NCBI GenBank assembly: GCA_044341785.1
Contig: JBIIRB010000003.1
Coordinates: forward strand, 1 to 43,096
Source of the DNA: Bacilli bacterium
GTDB taxonomy: Bacteria; Bacillota_I; Bacilli_A; RFN20; CAG-826
Length of the DNA: 43,096 bases
Direction of reading: 5' to 3'
In this document: piece after piece, positions 1 through 9,964 of the stretch
Layout: every line of letters starts with the position of its first letter
Numbering within the stretch: position 1 is the stretch's first letter
Position numbers and translations under genes: made by a program
The notes under the pieces: generated by a model
Seen by the model: only the letters and a program-made list of their open reading frames with translations
What the model was told of the DNA's origin: nothing
Databases searched by the model: none

Positions 1-1
1 T

Positions 2-388
2 CCCTTGATTGCGTTTTTTGAAGATCAAGCTTTTGATGAACTTCAAGAAAAAGCTTTGATATTACTTACTCGGTTTTCCAAGCCATTATTAAGCGAAAGT
101 GTCACCTTATTGGAAAAAGCATTTCCCAATCAAATCGATGAAACAGCTTGGTTTCAAGATTTTAAACTGCTGGGTCAACAACTGGGGTTGGCATCGTCTG
201 CAAAAGAAATGAAGTTGAACCCTACTTTGTATCAAGGCCATATCGGAGATTTAGCAGAGATTCTGCGTGTGGTATTAACTGGACAAACGCAATCGCCTTC
301 ATTATTTGAAGTGATGAAAGTGTTAGGTTTTGATCGTTTCCTCAAGCGAATCCATTTCATGAGAGCATTACTGAAGCGGCGTTCTTAA
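2..388 (+). CDS. gltX: Glutamyl-tRNA synthetase, C-terminal anticodon-binding part (5'-truncated by window)
   Basis: Frame is open from the window start; C-terminal motif ILRVVLTGQTQSPSLFEVMKVLG is typical of GluRS; tRNA-Glu follows directly. Confidence 0.88.
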   Translation, partial: PLIAFFEDQAFDELQEKALILLTRFSKPLLSESVTLLEKAFPNQIDETAWFQDFKLLGQQLGLASSAKEMKLNPTLYQGHIGDLAEILRVVLTGQTQSPSLFEVMKVLGFDRFLKRIHFMRALLKRRS

Positions 389-393
389 TTCAC

Positions 394-469
394 GGCCCGT
401 TGGTGAAGTGGTTAACACATAGCCCTCTCAAGGCTACATACATGGGTTCGAAACCCATACGGGTCACCA
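394..469 (+). tRNA. tRNA-Glu (anticodon CTC)
   Basis: Acceptor stem GGCCCGT/ACGGGTC, anticodon arm TAGCC-CT-CTC-AA-GGCTA, T-arm GGTTCGAAA, encoded CCA. Confidence 0.96.
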
Positions 470-490
470 TCCTATTTCACTGAGTTTCGC

Positions 491-519
491 TTGTAAAAAA
501 TGTAAAAATCTTATAAAAT
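491..519 (+). promoter_or_regulatory. sigmaA-type promoter of the glycan operon
   Basis: TTGTAA (491-496), 17-bp spacer, TAAAAT (514-519). Confidence 0.65.
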
Positions 520-587
520 AAGAGTAATTTATAGTCCATTCAAAAGCGGTTTATTCGATTAAATAATCCCGTTTGAATCGCATATAA

Positions 588-603
588 ATTGAAACGTTTC
601 GAT
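588..603. promoter_or_regulatory. LacI-family operator (cre-like palindrome)
   Basis: ATTGAAACGTTTCGAT, a near-perfect palindrome with central CG, upstream of an operon that encodes a LacI regulator. Confidence 0.75.
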
Positions 604-653
604 AAAGGTATGTTCAATCATTCTTCCTCAAAAAAGGAAGAGAATGGAAAAGG

Positions 654-1880
654 ATGACTTCAATAAATCCCCTCATTGAAAAGATTCAAAAAACCGGATT
701 TCAGTTTTTTCAAGATTTTAGCAATTTCCGATCCGAAAAAGGTTATGGATTAACCGTCGATCATACAGGTAATCTTGATTTAGCTTCGATAGCCTCAACC
801 GGGTTTGCTCTTTCTAGTTATGTCATTGGTGTCAAGAATGGTTATATTTCTCATGGGGATGCCTTAATCAAAGTTGTGGGTACGTTAAAAACATTGCATG
901 ACAATGTTCCTCATTATCATGGTTTTTTTGCTCATTTTTTAGATATTCACACTGCTGAGCGAAGTAAAAAATGTGAGTATTCTACCATTGATACAGCGTT
1001 AGCCTTAAATGGTGTGATCACGGTGGCTGGTTATTTTAAAGAAAAAGAAGTTCAACACTTAGCAAATGCCATTCTTGCCCGTGTAGATTGGGATCACCTG
1101 ATTCATTTGCATAAGGGGAAAAAACGTTTATACATGGCGTTTAACCCTGACGCGGACGGCGATTATGTCAACGGTAAACCAGGTTTTATTCATCACTGGA
1201 GTATGCTTGCCGAACAACTTATGATGTATGTCATGTATGCGGGTACGCATTCTCAACGCGATGCACTTGAATTGTATGAATCGTTTGAACGCAAACGGGT
1301 TCAATATGATGATGCATCTTATCTGAGTTCCCCAGGCAATGCCTTGTTTGTTTATCAATATCCACTCGCGTGGCTCAATTTAAAAGACATTACGGATCAT
1401 CAAGGTATTTCATGGTTTCAAAACGTACAACAAGCCATTTTAGGTCATTACCGATTATCCCGTGATATCGCTAAAGATTATCCAACCTTTGGCAAACATT
1501 ATTTTGGATTAACGGCGTCCTATGGGATTCAAGGGTATCAAGTTTGTGAAGCCTTACCCAACGTGAATCACCGATTGCATACCGACGGTTCTGTTGCCCC
1601 TAACGCGATGATTGGTTCATTACCTTTTCAAGCTGAATTGAGTTTAAAAGCCATCGAGCTTTTGTTCAAAGAAGAGCATGTGTGGGATGAACGGTATGGA
1701 TTCAAAAACGCTTTTAATAATGTTCCTCAACGATGGATTGCCCAGCGTTACCTCGGTATCGATAAAGGTTTAGAAATGCTCATGGCCAACGCCTATCTCA
1801 CTCAAGATGTTTATGATGCTTATCATCACCACCCATTAATCAAACGAGGCATGGAAATCTTACAATGGAAAAAAAGATAA
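654..1880 (+). CDS. Glucoamylase-like (alpha/alpha)6 glycoside hydrolase, GH144-related putative beta-1,2-glucanase; no signal peptide
   Basis: Motifs SIASTGFAL, HGFFAHF, STIDTAL, LFVYQY, GLTAS, YGF..AFN, GIDKG; clustered with GH94 and GH3 genes. Confidence 0.7.
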   Translation: MTSINPLIEKIQKTGFQFFQDFSNFRSEKGYGLTVDHTGNLDLASIASTGFALSSYVIGVKNGYISHGDALIKVVGTLKTLHDNVPHYHGFFAHFLDIHTAERSKKCEYSTIDTALALNGVITVAGYFKEKEVQHLANAILARVDWDHLIHLHKGKKRLYMAFNPDADGDYVNGKPGFIHHWSMLAEQLMMYVMYAGTHSQRDALELYESFERKRVQYDDASYLSSPGNALFVYQYPLAWLNLKDITDHQGISWFQNVQQAILGHYRLSRDIAKDYPTFGKHYFGLTASYGIQGYQVCEALPNVNHRLHTDGSVAPNAMIGSLPFQAELSLKAIELLFKEEHVWDERYGFKNAFNNVPQRWIAQRYLGIDKGLEMLMANAYLTQDVYDAYHHHPLIKRGMEILQWKKR

Positions 1881-3502
1881 ATCGTTCGTGGTGGAAAAAT
1901 GCTTTTGTTTATCAAATTTATCCTTTGAGTTTTTGTGACTCTAATGGTGACGGCATTGGCGATATTCAAGGCATCATCAGTCGATTAGATTATTTAAAAG
2001 AACTCGGCATCGATGTGATTTGGCTATCCCCAGTTTTTCAATCCCCGATGGAAGACAATGGGTATGATATTTCAAATTATGATGACGTGAATCCGATGTT
2101 TGGAACCAAAACTGATTTACAACAATTAATTCAAGAAGTTCATCGTCGTGATATGAAAATCATCTCCGATGTGGTCGTCAATCATACTTCCATTCAACAT
2201 CCGTGGTTTCAACACGCAATGAAAAATAAACAAAGTCCTTATCGGCCTTATTATATTTTTTCTAAAACCCCCAATGATATTACTTCCATTTTTAGTGGTC
2301 CAGCATGGGAAAAAAATCCTTATGATCCCACCGAATATTATTTTCATTTATTTGCCAAAGGCCAACCCGATTTAAATTGGTCTTTTCAACCGATGCGAGA
2401 AGCGATTTACGCTATGATTAATCGGTGGTTAGATTTTGGATTTGATGGCTTTCGCTTAGATGTGATTGACCTTATTGGTAAACAAATTGAAACCAAACAA
2501 CCCATTCATATGCCAACTTTAATGAAGTATTTGAAGGAAATGTATGAAGCATGTTTTAAAGGCAGAGACGTTTTTACCGTGGGTGAATTAGCAGGTTCTT
2601 CAGTTGAACAAGCTTCACACATTACTGATGAAACCAATGGTTTTTTAACGATGGGTTTTCAATTTTCTCATCTATGGCTTGATGAAATGCCCGGTCAAGG
2701 TAAATGGGCATTAAAATCCATCGATTGGGTGGAGTTAAAAAAACTATTTGTTAAGCTGGATGCTGTTTACGCCAAACAAGGATGGAACGCCATCTTTATG
2801 TCTAACCATGATCAACCGCGACCCGTTTCACGATATGGCAATGATCAACACTATCGCCTTCAATCGATGAAGATGCTCATGCTATTGTTTTATGGTTTAC
2901 GGGGTACACCTTACGTCTATCAAGGCGATGAGATGGGTATGACAAATTATCCGTTTGTTGCCTTGAATGAATTCAAAGATATTGAATCACTGAACTATGC
3001 CAAAGAAGCAATCGCACACGGAAAAACATTAGACCAAGTGATGGTGTCTCTACGTGCTAAGGGTCGTGACAATGCACGGACACCAATGCAATGGAACAAT
3101 GCTCCCCATGCTGGTTTTTCAACCCGTCAACCTTGGTTAGCCGTGAATCCAAATTTTGTGTCCATTAATGCTGAGTCTGATCGTAACAATAAAGATGGCA
3201 TTTATCGATTTTTACAAACTTACATTACGTATCGAAAAAAACATGCCGTATTTTCGATGGGTGATGTCCAATTTTCATTCATTGACCATCCCCATGTGGT
3301 TGCCTATACACGAACCTCATCGGAAGAAAGTATCCTCATCTTGTTGAATACGAGTCCGCTATCGATTCCTTTTTCATTGTCGATGTTTTCAGATTATCAT
3401 TTTGAATTAGGCAATGGCCGTAGCATCACACTCAACCAACAAACAATTTTACCCCCTTATTTCGGAGGGGTATTTAGAAAAGGAAACCATGGCCACTATT
3501 AA
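1865..3502 (+). CDS. GH13 oligo-1,6-glucosidase / alpha-glucosidase
   Basis: YQIYPLSFCDSNGDGIGD, VVNHTS, QPDLNW, GFRLDV, TVGE, NHDQPR, GRDNARTPMQW. Confidence 0.92.
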   Translation: MEKKINRSWWKNAFVYQIYPLSFCDSNGDGIGDIQGIISRLDYLKELGIDVIWLSPVFQSPMEDNGYDISNYDDVNPMFGTKTDLQQLIQEVHRRDMKIISDVVVNHTSIQHPWFQHAMKNKQSPYRPYYIFSKTPNDITSIFSGPAWEKNPYDPTEYYFHLFAKGQPDLNWSFQPMREAIYAMINRWLDFGFDGFRLDVIDLIGKQIETKQPIHMPTLMKYLKEMYEACFKGRDVFTVGELAGSSVEQASHITDETNGFLTMGFQFSHLWLDEMPGQGKWALKSIDWVELKKLFVKLDAVYAKQGWNAIFMSNHDQPRPVSRYGNDQHYRLQSMKMLMLLFYGLRGTPYVYQGDEMGMTNYPFVALNEFKDIESLNYAKEAIAHGKTLDQVMVSLRAKGRDNARTPMQWNNAPHAGFSTRQPWLAVNPNFVSINAESDRNNKDGIYRFLQTYITYRKKHAVFSMGDVQFSFIDHPHVVAYTRTSSEESILILLNTSPLSIPFSLSMFSDYHFELGNGRSITLNQQTILPPYFGGVFRKGNHGHY

Positions 3503-4448
3503 AGATGTTGCCAAAAAAGCGGGTGTTTCGATTTCAACGGCAAGTTATGCGTTGAACAATGTTCCGTATGTTAAACCTTCCACAAAAGCGAAAGTACTCA
3601 AAGCCGCGCAAGAATTAAACTTTACGCCAAACGCGAATGCACGTAATTTAAAAACAAAAAAATCCAACAATATCGGTGTGTTTGTATACGGATTTAGTGG
3701 TCCTGTTTTCTCTGACTTATTGGAAGGGGTAAATAAAGCCGTTCATCAATTAGGCTACAACATCATCGTCACGAGTGGTCCCTCTTCAGCAACATTACTT
3801 CGTGAACGGCAAGTGGATGCCGCTATTATTTTCGATAGCATGCTCGACCAAGATGTGTTAGTGCAATATGCAACACAATCGCCTGTGGTTGTCCTTGATC
3901 GGCAATTAGAAGGTAACAATGTTTTTCACTCCTTTATTAATAATGAAACACTCGTGAACCAACTCATCCATCAAGTGATTGATCGTGGGTACAAAAAATT
4001 AGCGTACTTAAGTGGACCTAAAGATGCTTTTAACAATCAAGAACGTTATAAAGGATTTCTCAAAGCATTACATGAAAGGAATTTAAAACCTTTCGCTCAA
4101 TATCAAGGTGATTTCACCATACAATCCGGATACCTTCTCGGTAAAAAAATAGCCCATGCCACTTCCCGGCCTGATTTTGTTTTTTGTGCCAACGATGAAT
4201 CTGCGCTCGGACTCATGCGTTCCCTTAAAGAGAGTAGCATCCGTATCCCAGAAGATATCGGTATCGCAGGTTTTGACGGGGTTTACTTAAAAGATACGTT
4301 CGTTCAACCCTCGCTTACGACGATTGCCATTGACCATTTTAAGTGGGGTCAAGATGTTGCCGAGTTTTTAATCGATTTGTTAAACGAGAAGAAGTTGAAA
4401 CACGTTGTACCTCCTGTGGGTATGATTGTCATGAATGGGAGTTGTTAA
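3489..4448 (+). CDS. LacI-family transcriptional regulator
   Basis: MATIKDVAKKAGVSISTAS HTH, IPEDIGIAGFD, PSLTTI; start moved to ATG 3489 after AAAGGA. Confidence 0.95.
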   Translation: MATIKDVAKKAGVSISTASYALNNVPYVKPSTKAKVLKAAQELNFTPNANARNLKTKKSNNIGVFVYGFSGPVFSDLLEGVNKAVHQLGYNIIVTSGPSSATLLRERQVDAAIIFDSMLDQDVLVQYATQSPVVVLDRQLEGNNVFHSFINNETLVNQLIHQVIDRGYKKLAYLSGPKDAFNNQERYKGFLKALHERNLKPFAQYQGDFTIQSGYLLGKKIAHATSRPDFVFCANDESALGLMRSLKESSIRIPEDIGIAGFDGVYLKDTFVQPSLTTIAIDHFKWGQDVAEFLIDLLNEKKLKHVVPPVGMIVMNGSC

Positions 4449-4449
4449 T

Positions 4450-6588
4450 ATGGCAAATGTGAAGAAAATTTTAGCGAGTCTTTCCTTAGAAGAGAAGATT
4501 GGACAACTTGCCCAATTACCTCCGTTTTTCTTCATGAAGGATTTAAAGAAAGAGGTTTCTGGTCCTCTCGCTAAACTTTCGATTACCGAAGCGCAAGTAT
4601 TTTCTGCAGGCAGTGTGTTAGGCATTGGTGGTCCTGAAGAAATGAAGCAAGTGCAGGATGCTTATCTTGCCCGTTCGCGGCATAAAATTCCGTTGATCTT
4701 TATGGCGGATGTCATTCATGGTTATAAAACAATTTTTCCAGTTCCATTAGCCATTGCCAGTTCTTGGAATCCTTCCTTAGCCAAACTAGCATCCAAAGTT
4801 GCCGCTGCCGAAGCTTCAAGTAGCGGCATTCATGTAACGTATGCTCCGATGGCCGATCTCAGTCGTGATCCACGGTGGGGTCGTGTGATGGAAGGTTATG
4901 GTGAAGATGGTTTAATCGCCTACCGGATGGCTTATGCCATGACGGAAGGTTTTCAAGGCGATAGCTTACTCGATGAAAACTCGATTGCTGCTTGTGTTAA
5001 ACATTTTGCTGCGTATGGCGCGGCGGAAGCGGGACGAGACTATAACACGGTGGATATGTCGCGTTATGCGTTACTCAATTACTACTTAAAAGGGTATCAA
5101 GGTGCCATTGATGCTGGGGCACGTTTGGTGATGACGTCGTTTAATACCTTTGAAGGAATACCGGCAACCACGAATGAATATTTACTGCGTAATGTCTTAA
5201 GAAAATTTTTAAAATTTGATGGGGTGGTCATCTCGGATTATGATTCGGCATTAGAGACGATAGAACATCGAACCAGTGTGGATCAAAAAGATGTTGCTTA
5301 CCAAGCCATGCGAGCAGGTTTAGATATAGAAATGGCTTCTCCAACCTATTTGAAATATTTAAAGTCGCTCATTGAAGAAAAACGGGTCCCGCTGAAATGG
5401 CTGGATGAGGCCGTGCTTAGAATCTTAAATCTAAAAAATGATTTAGGCTTATTTGAAAACCCATACAAATCGATGTCCATTGAAAAAGAAAAATCACTCG
5501 TCTATTCCCATGCTCACATGGATGCCGCATTGAAAGTTGCATTAGAATCGATCGTCTTACTCAAGAACAACAATCAAATTCTTCCGTTAAAAAAAGGAAC
5601 TAAAATCGCCCTGTTAGGTTCCCATCATGAGACTGGACAATTGTTAGGTCCATGGTCGTGGCATGGTGATCGCACGGTGACTACTTCGATCAAATCTGCG
5701 ATGGCTGATCAAGGCATTTATTTTTCTTCCGCGATTGAAGACTTAGCACAATACACCAAGGATGATCTGCGAAAATTAAAGAAGTCCGATGTGATTGTTT
5801 TATGTACGGGTGAACTTGAATCGATGTCTGGAGAAGCTCATTCGCGTGCGAATCCGGTGATGTTTAAACATCAAATTGAATTTATTAAGCAGTTAAAACA
5901 ATTGCAAATTCCGATTGTCCTTGTCCTTGTGAATGGTCGTCCATTAGTGCTAACTGACATTTTGACGCATGTGGATGCCATTGTCGAAACGTATTTTTTA
6001 GGTTCACAAAGCGCGCTTGCAATTGCTAAAACCTTGTATGGTGAGAATAACCCTTCCGGTAAATTAACGATGAGTTTCCCTCGTAGTGTTGGACAAATTC
6101 CAATTTATTACAACCATCTCAATACGGGTCGTCCTTTTAATGGCGATAAGAAATCGTATACCAGTTTTTACTTAGATGAAGACAATGAACCGCTTTTTCC
6201 ATTCGGCTTTGGTTTAAGTTATACCCAATTCCAATATGGCAATCTTCATGTCTCGAGTCCTAAATTTTCAGTGAAAAAACCGCTCACCATCACCATGAAT
6301 GTTAAAAATGCTGGTCTTATGGATGGTTATGAAATAGTGCAGCTTTATGTCACCGATTTAAAATCAGAAGTGGCTTTACCGGTTCGCGAATTAAAAGATT
6401 TTAAAAAGGTTTGGATCAAAAAAGGAAAAGTTGAAGAAGTGGTGTTTACGTTAACGGTGGACCAACTTCAGTACGTTCATTCAGATGGCAAGGTGGGTTG
6501 GGATGAAGGCGAATTTGTCATTGCTGTCGGACCTTCGAGTGTGAATTTGAAAACGGTGACGGTCACCTTAACCAAGGAGCAGCTATGA
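4450..6588 (+). CDS. GH3 beta-glucosidase (BglX-like)
   Basis: DVIHG, RDPRWGR, CVKHF, VISDY, NPSGKL, PLFPFGFGLSYT, C-terminal FnIII-like domain; start set at ATG 4450. Confidence 0.94.
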   Translation: MANVKKILASLSLEEKIGQLAQLPPFFFMKDLKKEVSGPLAKLSITEAQVFSAGSVLGIGGPEEMKQVQDAYLARSRHKIPLIFMADVIHGYKTIFPVPLAIASSWNPSLAKLASKVAAAEASSSGIHVTYAPMADLSRDPRWGRVMEGYGEDGLIAYRMAYAMTEGFQGDSLLDENSIAACVKHFAAYGAAEAGRDYNTVDMSRYALLNYYLKGYQGAIDAGARLVMTSFNTFEGIPATTNEYLLRNVLRKFLKFDGVVISDYDSALETIEHRTSVDQKDVAYQAMRAGLDIEMASPTYLKYLKSLIEEKRVPLKWLDEAVLRILNLKNDLGLFENPYKSMSIEKEKSLVYSHAHMDAALKVALESIVLLKNNNQILPLKKGTKIALLGSHHETGQLLGPWSWHGDRTVTTSIKSAMADQGIYFSSAIEDLAQYTKDDLRKLKKSDVIVLCTGELESMSGEAHSRANPVMFKHQIEFIKQLKQLQIPIVLVLVNGRPLVLTDILTHVDAIVETYFLGSQSALAIAKTLYGENNPSGKLTMSFPRSVGQIPIYYNHLNTGRPFNGDKKSYTSFYLDEDNEPLFPFGFGLSYTQFQYGNLHVSSPKFSVKKPLTITMNVKNAGLMDGYEIVQLYVTDLKSEVALPVRELKDFKKVWIKKGKVEEVVFTLTVDQLQYVHSDGKVGWDEGEFVIAVGPSSVNLKTVTVTLTKEQL

Positions 6589-9500
6589 ATCCATTAAAGC
6601 AAACCCTGTCGTTACAATCCCTTTCTTTACCCTCAGGAAAGGTGAGTTTTCATTTGTTACCAAGTGGAGATGTCCATCGCATTGATACCCAATTACGGAC
6701 TGACTTAACGTATCAAGTGAATTTATTGAAAGGTAATCTGATTGATGGTCAAGTCGCCAATCTTTACTTAAGAAAGAAAACTGACTCAGGATATGTTTTT
6801 GAAAAATTGCTCGGTATTCATAGCCCAAGCTCATGGACGATGGTTCAACACCAGGCGATTTACCAAGGACAAGCGTTAGGGGTGACTTACCAAGTGACTT
6901 TGACCGTGCACGAACGCGGATGGACGTATGATGTCCTTCTTCAACCTAACGGGACGCTGGATACGTATGATTTAACGTATGGCCAAGATGTTGGTATTGC
7001 CCATCCAGGCGGTATTACCGCCAATGAAAGTTATACGTGCCAGTACATTGATCATCAGGTGTTTAAACAGGATGCATCGATTGCTGTCTTATCGCGACAA
7101 AATCAAGGTGACCCCATGTATTTACAAGTGGGTTCTACTGGCCCAATCCAAAGTTATTGCACCGATGGATTTCAATTTTTCGGTTTGAGTTTTAAAGAAA
7201 ACTTTATCCCGGAAGCGATGCTTAAACCAGATTTAGCCAATGAAAATTTACAATATGAATTTGCTTATTTAACCTTTCGAACCCCTGCTTTTCAATTACA
7301 AAAACAAGCTTTTCATACGCGGTTTTATGGTTTAGTGGAAACACAACCGACCGCGTTTTTAAAATCCGCTTTACCGGTGTCTTTTTTGGATCGTTCTTTG
7401 CCTTGGCAAGCTGGTTTAACGTTGCAAAAAATGGCGTTTAAAATCAATCCTAAACACGTGTTAAGTGGGCGGGATGTATCGCTTAAGGATATTGAACTGC
7501 GTTATCCCGAACGTGTCCAAGAAGAATGGTTATCCGAACAACTCGTCTCTTTCTTTACCCCAGCGAAACGCCATGTTGTATTAAAAAATAAAGAAATTGT
7601 TACCCAGCGTCCTCATGCTCATATTCTTTTAGGCGGTGACATCGAACATGCAGGTGATCATGTATTGGCGAGCACCAACTATATGTTTGGCTTGTTTCAA
7701 TCGCATTTCACCTTAGGGAATGCAAATTTTCATAAGTTGTTAGGGGATTCGCGAAATGCGCTGAATGTCCAAACGATTTCAGGTCAACGCTTATATGTTT
7801 TCATTAAGGACCGCTATTATTTACTCGGATTACCATCGATTTATGAATTAGGGTTTAACTACGCAAAATGGATCTACGAATTGGGTGAGGATACGATTGA
7901 AGTGCTTGTGGATATCGATTTAAAAGGCCAAGCAACTCAATTACATTTTCATTCACTTCAAGGGATTCAATATGACGTCATTGCCACCCATCAATTGATC
8001 ATGAATGAAGCAGAATATCGTCAAGATATTCATGTGCGTATGCAAGACCAATCGCTGGTCATCGATGCCTCAACCAATGGTTTTATTACTGATCATTATC
8101 CACATTTAAAATATCGTATTGCAAGTTCCACTCCGTTTACGGTTGGGGATGAATCGCAATTCATCTTGACCGAAGAACCGATGCAGGGTTTGCTGACGTT
8201 GAGTTTTAAACAATGTTCGCAATTTGCAATCACCATCGAAGGTACATTCAAAAAAACTTTTCCCAAGCTTACTACCTTACCATTCCAAGAAAGCGTCCAA
8301 CAATACGATGCATTCATTTTAGATTTTGCTTCATTCAACATTCACCACCCCAATCACACCATCCAACAAGAGTTAAAAAAATTAGAACTCATTACGCCTT
8401 GGTATACGCACAACGCATTAGTGCATTATGCTTCGCCTCATGGTTTAGAGCAATTTAATGGTGCCGCCTGGGGAACACGGGATGTTTGTCAGGGGCCAAT
8501 TGAATTGTTCATGGCTTCGTTGCGATATGACTTAGTGAGAGAAATATTAGTCAAAGTTTTTTCACGAGCCTTTGTCGATCGCGGTGATTTCCCACAATGG
8601 TTTATGTTTGATGCGTATTATCGAATTCAAGCGCATGAAAGTCATGGTGATGTGATTCATTGGCCCCTTCGTGCCCTCGCTTATTATTTAAAAGAAACGA
8701 ATGATCGAACGATTCTTGATGAAAAAGTGACGTATTTTGATAAGAAAAAGAATCAATTTACGGTTAAAACGTATACGATTCGCCACCATGTCCAAACCGC
8801 TTTGAAAACGATTAGTGAAGAAGTCATTCCCGGAACAACCTTGCCTCAATATGGCGGGGGTGATTGGGATGACACCCTTCAGCCTGCCAATCGTGAACTG
8901 ACCCAAAAAATGGTTTCGGGTTGGACGGTCGCCCTTTACTATGAAATGCTTTCTGTATTAGCAAGTGTCCGTCCTTTTGAAACCAAAGCTGCAAATGAAG
9001 AACTGAAAAACTTATCGATGAAAGTGAAAAAAGACTATCAATCCTATCTCATGCCAGAAGGCACACCTGCGGGATTCGCCATTTTTGAATCGATTAAAAA
9101 ACGGACGTATCTCCTTCATCCGCTTGATGAAAATACCGGTTTAAAATATCGATTATTGCCGTTCAATCGTGGATTCATTAGTCAATTATTTTCTCCTGAT
9201 AAAATCGCAGCGTACTTAACCATCATCCGTCAACACTTAAAACATCCAGATGGGGTCCGTTTGATGGATACGGCGGTCACTTATCGCGGTGGGCAAAAGA
9301 CGTATTTTACTCGAGCAGAAACGGCTGCAAACTTTGGGAGAGAAATCGGTATTCAATATGTTCATGCCCACATTCGGTATATTGAAGCGATGGCCAAAAT
9401 CGGACAACCGATGGAAGCCTATTGGGGCATGTTTGCCATCAATCCAATCAATTTGCGAGATATGGTTCCTCATGCTTTACCACGTCAATCCAATGTCTAT

Positions 9501-9869
9501 TTTTCAAGTTCAGATGCTGATTTTCTCAATCGTTATCAAGCCAAAGATAATTTTGAAGCGGTTCGGTTAGGTAAGATAGCGGTCAAAGCAGGCTGGCGAC
9601 TCTATTCCAGTGGTCCAGGCATTTATATCCACCAATGGATTAGTCATCTCCTCGGCATTCGTCATGAACAAGGCCAGCTCTTTCTTGATCCAGTCTTGCC
9701 ACACCAATTGGACCAACTGTCCGTTGAGTTTTTTGGCAAACGTTTTCCGACGCGCATCGAATTCAGCTACAAAAAACTTCAAGCGTCTCCTACCATCAAC
9801 GAAAATATCTATCGATCTCGCGCTAAGGTGGAATTATCTAGCAAAAAGCTCGTTAAAATATCGTTTTAG
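6585..9869 (+). CDS. GH94 phosphorylase, probably 1,2-beta-oligoglucan phosphorylase
   Basis: 1094 aa; SPHGLEQFNGAAWGTRDVCQGP, FPQWFMFD, YGGGDWDDTLQP, GREIGIQYVHAHIRY, GWRLYSSGPG, resembling the Listeria SOGP type. Confidence 0.85.
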   Translation: MNPLKQTLSLQSLSLPSGKVSFHLLPSGDVHRIDTQLRTDLTYQVNLLKGNLIDGQVANLYLRKKTDSGYVFEKLLGIHSPSSWTMVQHQAIYQGQALGVTYQVTLTVHERGWTYDVLLQPNGTLDTYDLTYGQDVGIAHPGGITANESYTCQYIDHQVFKQDASIAVLSRQNQGDPMYLQVGSTGPIQSYCTDGFQFFGLSFKENFIPEAMLKPDLANENLQYEFAYLTFRTPAFQLQKQAFHTRFYGLVETQPTAFLKSALPVSFLDRSLPWQAGLTLQKMAFKINPKHVLSGRDVSLKDIELRYPERVQEEWLSEQLVSFFTPAKRHVVLKNKEIVTQRPHAHILLGGDIEHAGDHVLASTNYMFGLFQSHFTLGNANFHKLLGDSRNALNVQTISGQRLYVFIKDRYYLLGLPSIYELGFNYAKWIYELGEDTIEVLVDIDLKGQATQLHFHSLQGIQYDVIATHQLIMNEAEYRQDIHVRMQDQSLVIDASTNGFITDHYPHLKYRIASSTPFTVGDESQFILTEEPMQGLLTLSFKQCSQFAITIEGTFKKTFPKLTTLPFQESVQQYDAFILDFASFNIHHPNHTIQQELKKLELITPWYTHNALVHYASPHGLEQFNGAAWGTRDVCQGPIELFMASLRYDLVREILVKVFSRAFVDRGDFPQWFMFDAYYRIQAHESHGDVIHWPLRALAYYLKETNDRTILDEKVTYFDKKKNQFTVKTYTIRHHVQTALKTISEEVIPGTTLPQYGGGDWDDTLQPANRELTQKMVSGWTVALYYEMLSVLASVRPFETKAANEELKNLSMKVKKDYQSYLMPEGTPAGFAIFESIKKRTYLLHPLDENTGLKYRLLPFNRGFISQLFSPDKIAAYLTIIRQHLKHPDGVRLMDTAVTYRGGQKTYFTRAETAANFGREIGIQYVHAHIRYIEAMAKIGQPMEAYWGMFAINPINLRDMVPHALPRQSNVYFSSSDADFLNRYQAKDNFEAVRLGKIAVKAGWRLYSSGPGIYIHQWISHLLGIRHEQGQLFLDPVLPHQLDQLSVEFFGKRFPTRIEFSYKKLQASPTINENIYRSRAKVELSSKKLVKISF

Positions 9870-9925
9870 CTTGCTTTTTTAATTTAAAAATTAACCCCGT
9901 TTTCTATCTTTTTTGCATGATTTTA

Positions 9926-9934
9926 TGCTAAAAT
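9926..9934 (+). promoter_or_regulatory. Extended -10 promoter element
   Basis: TG-C-TAAAAT upstream of AGGAGG RBS and ATG 9965. Confidence 0.55.
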
Positions 9935-9964
9935 TATTTTGCGAATGATCATAGGAGGAAAACC

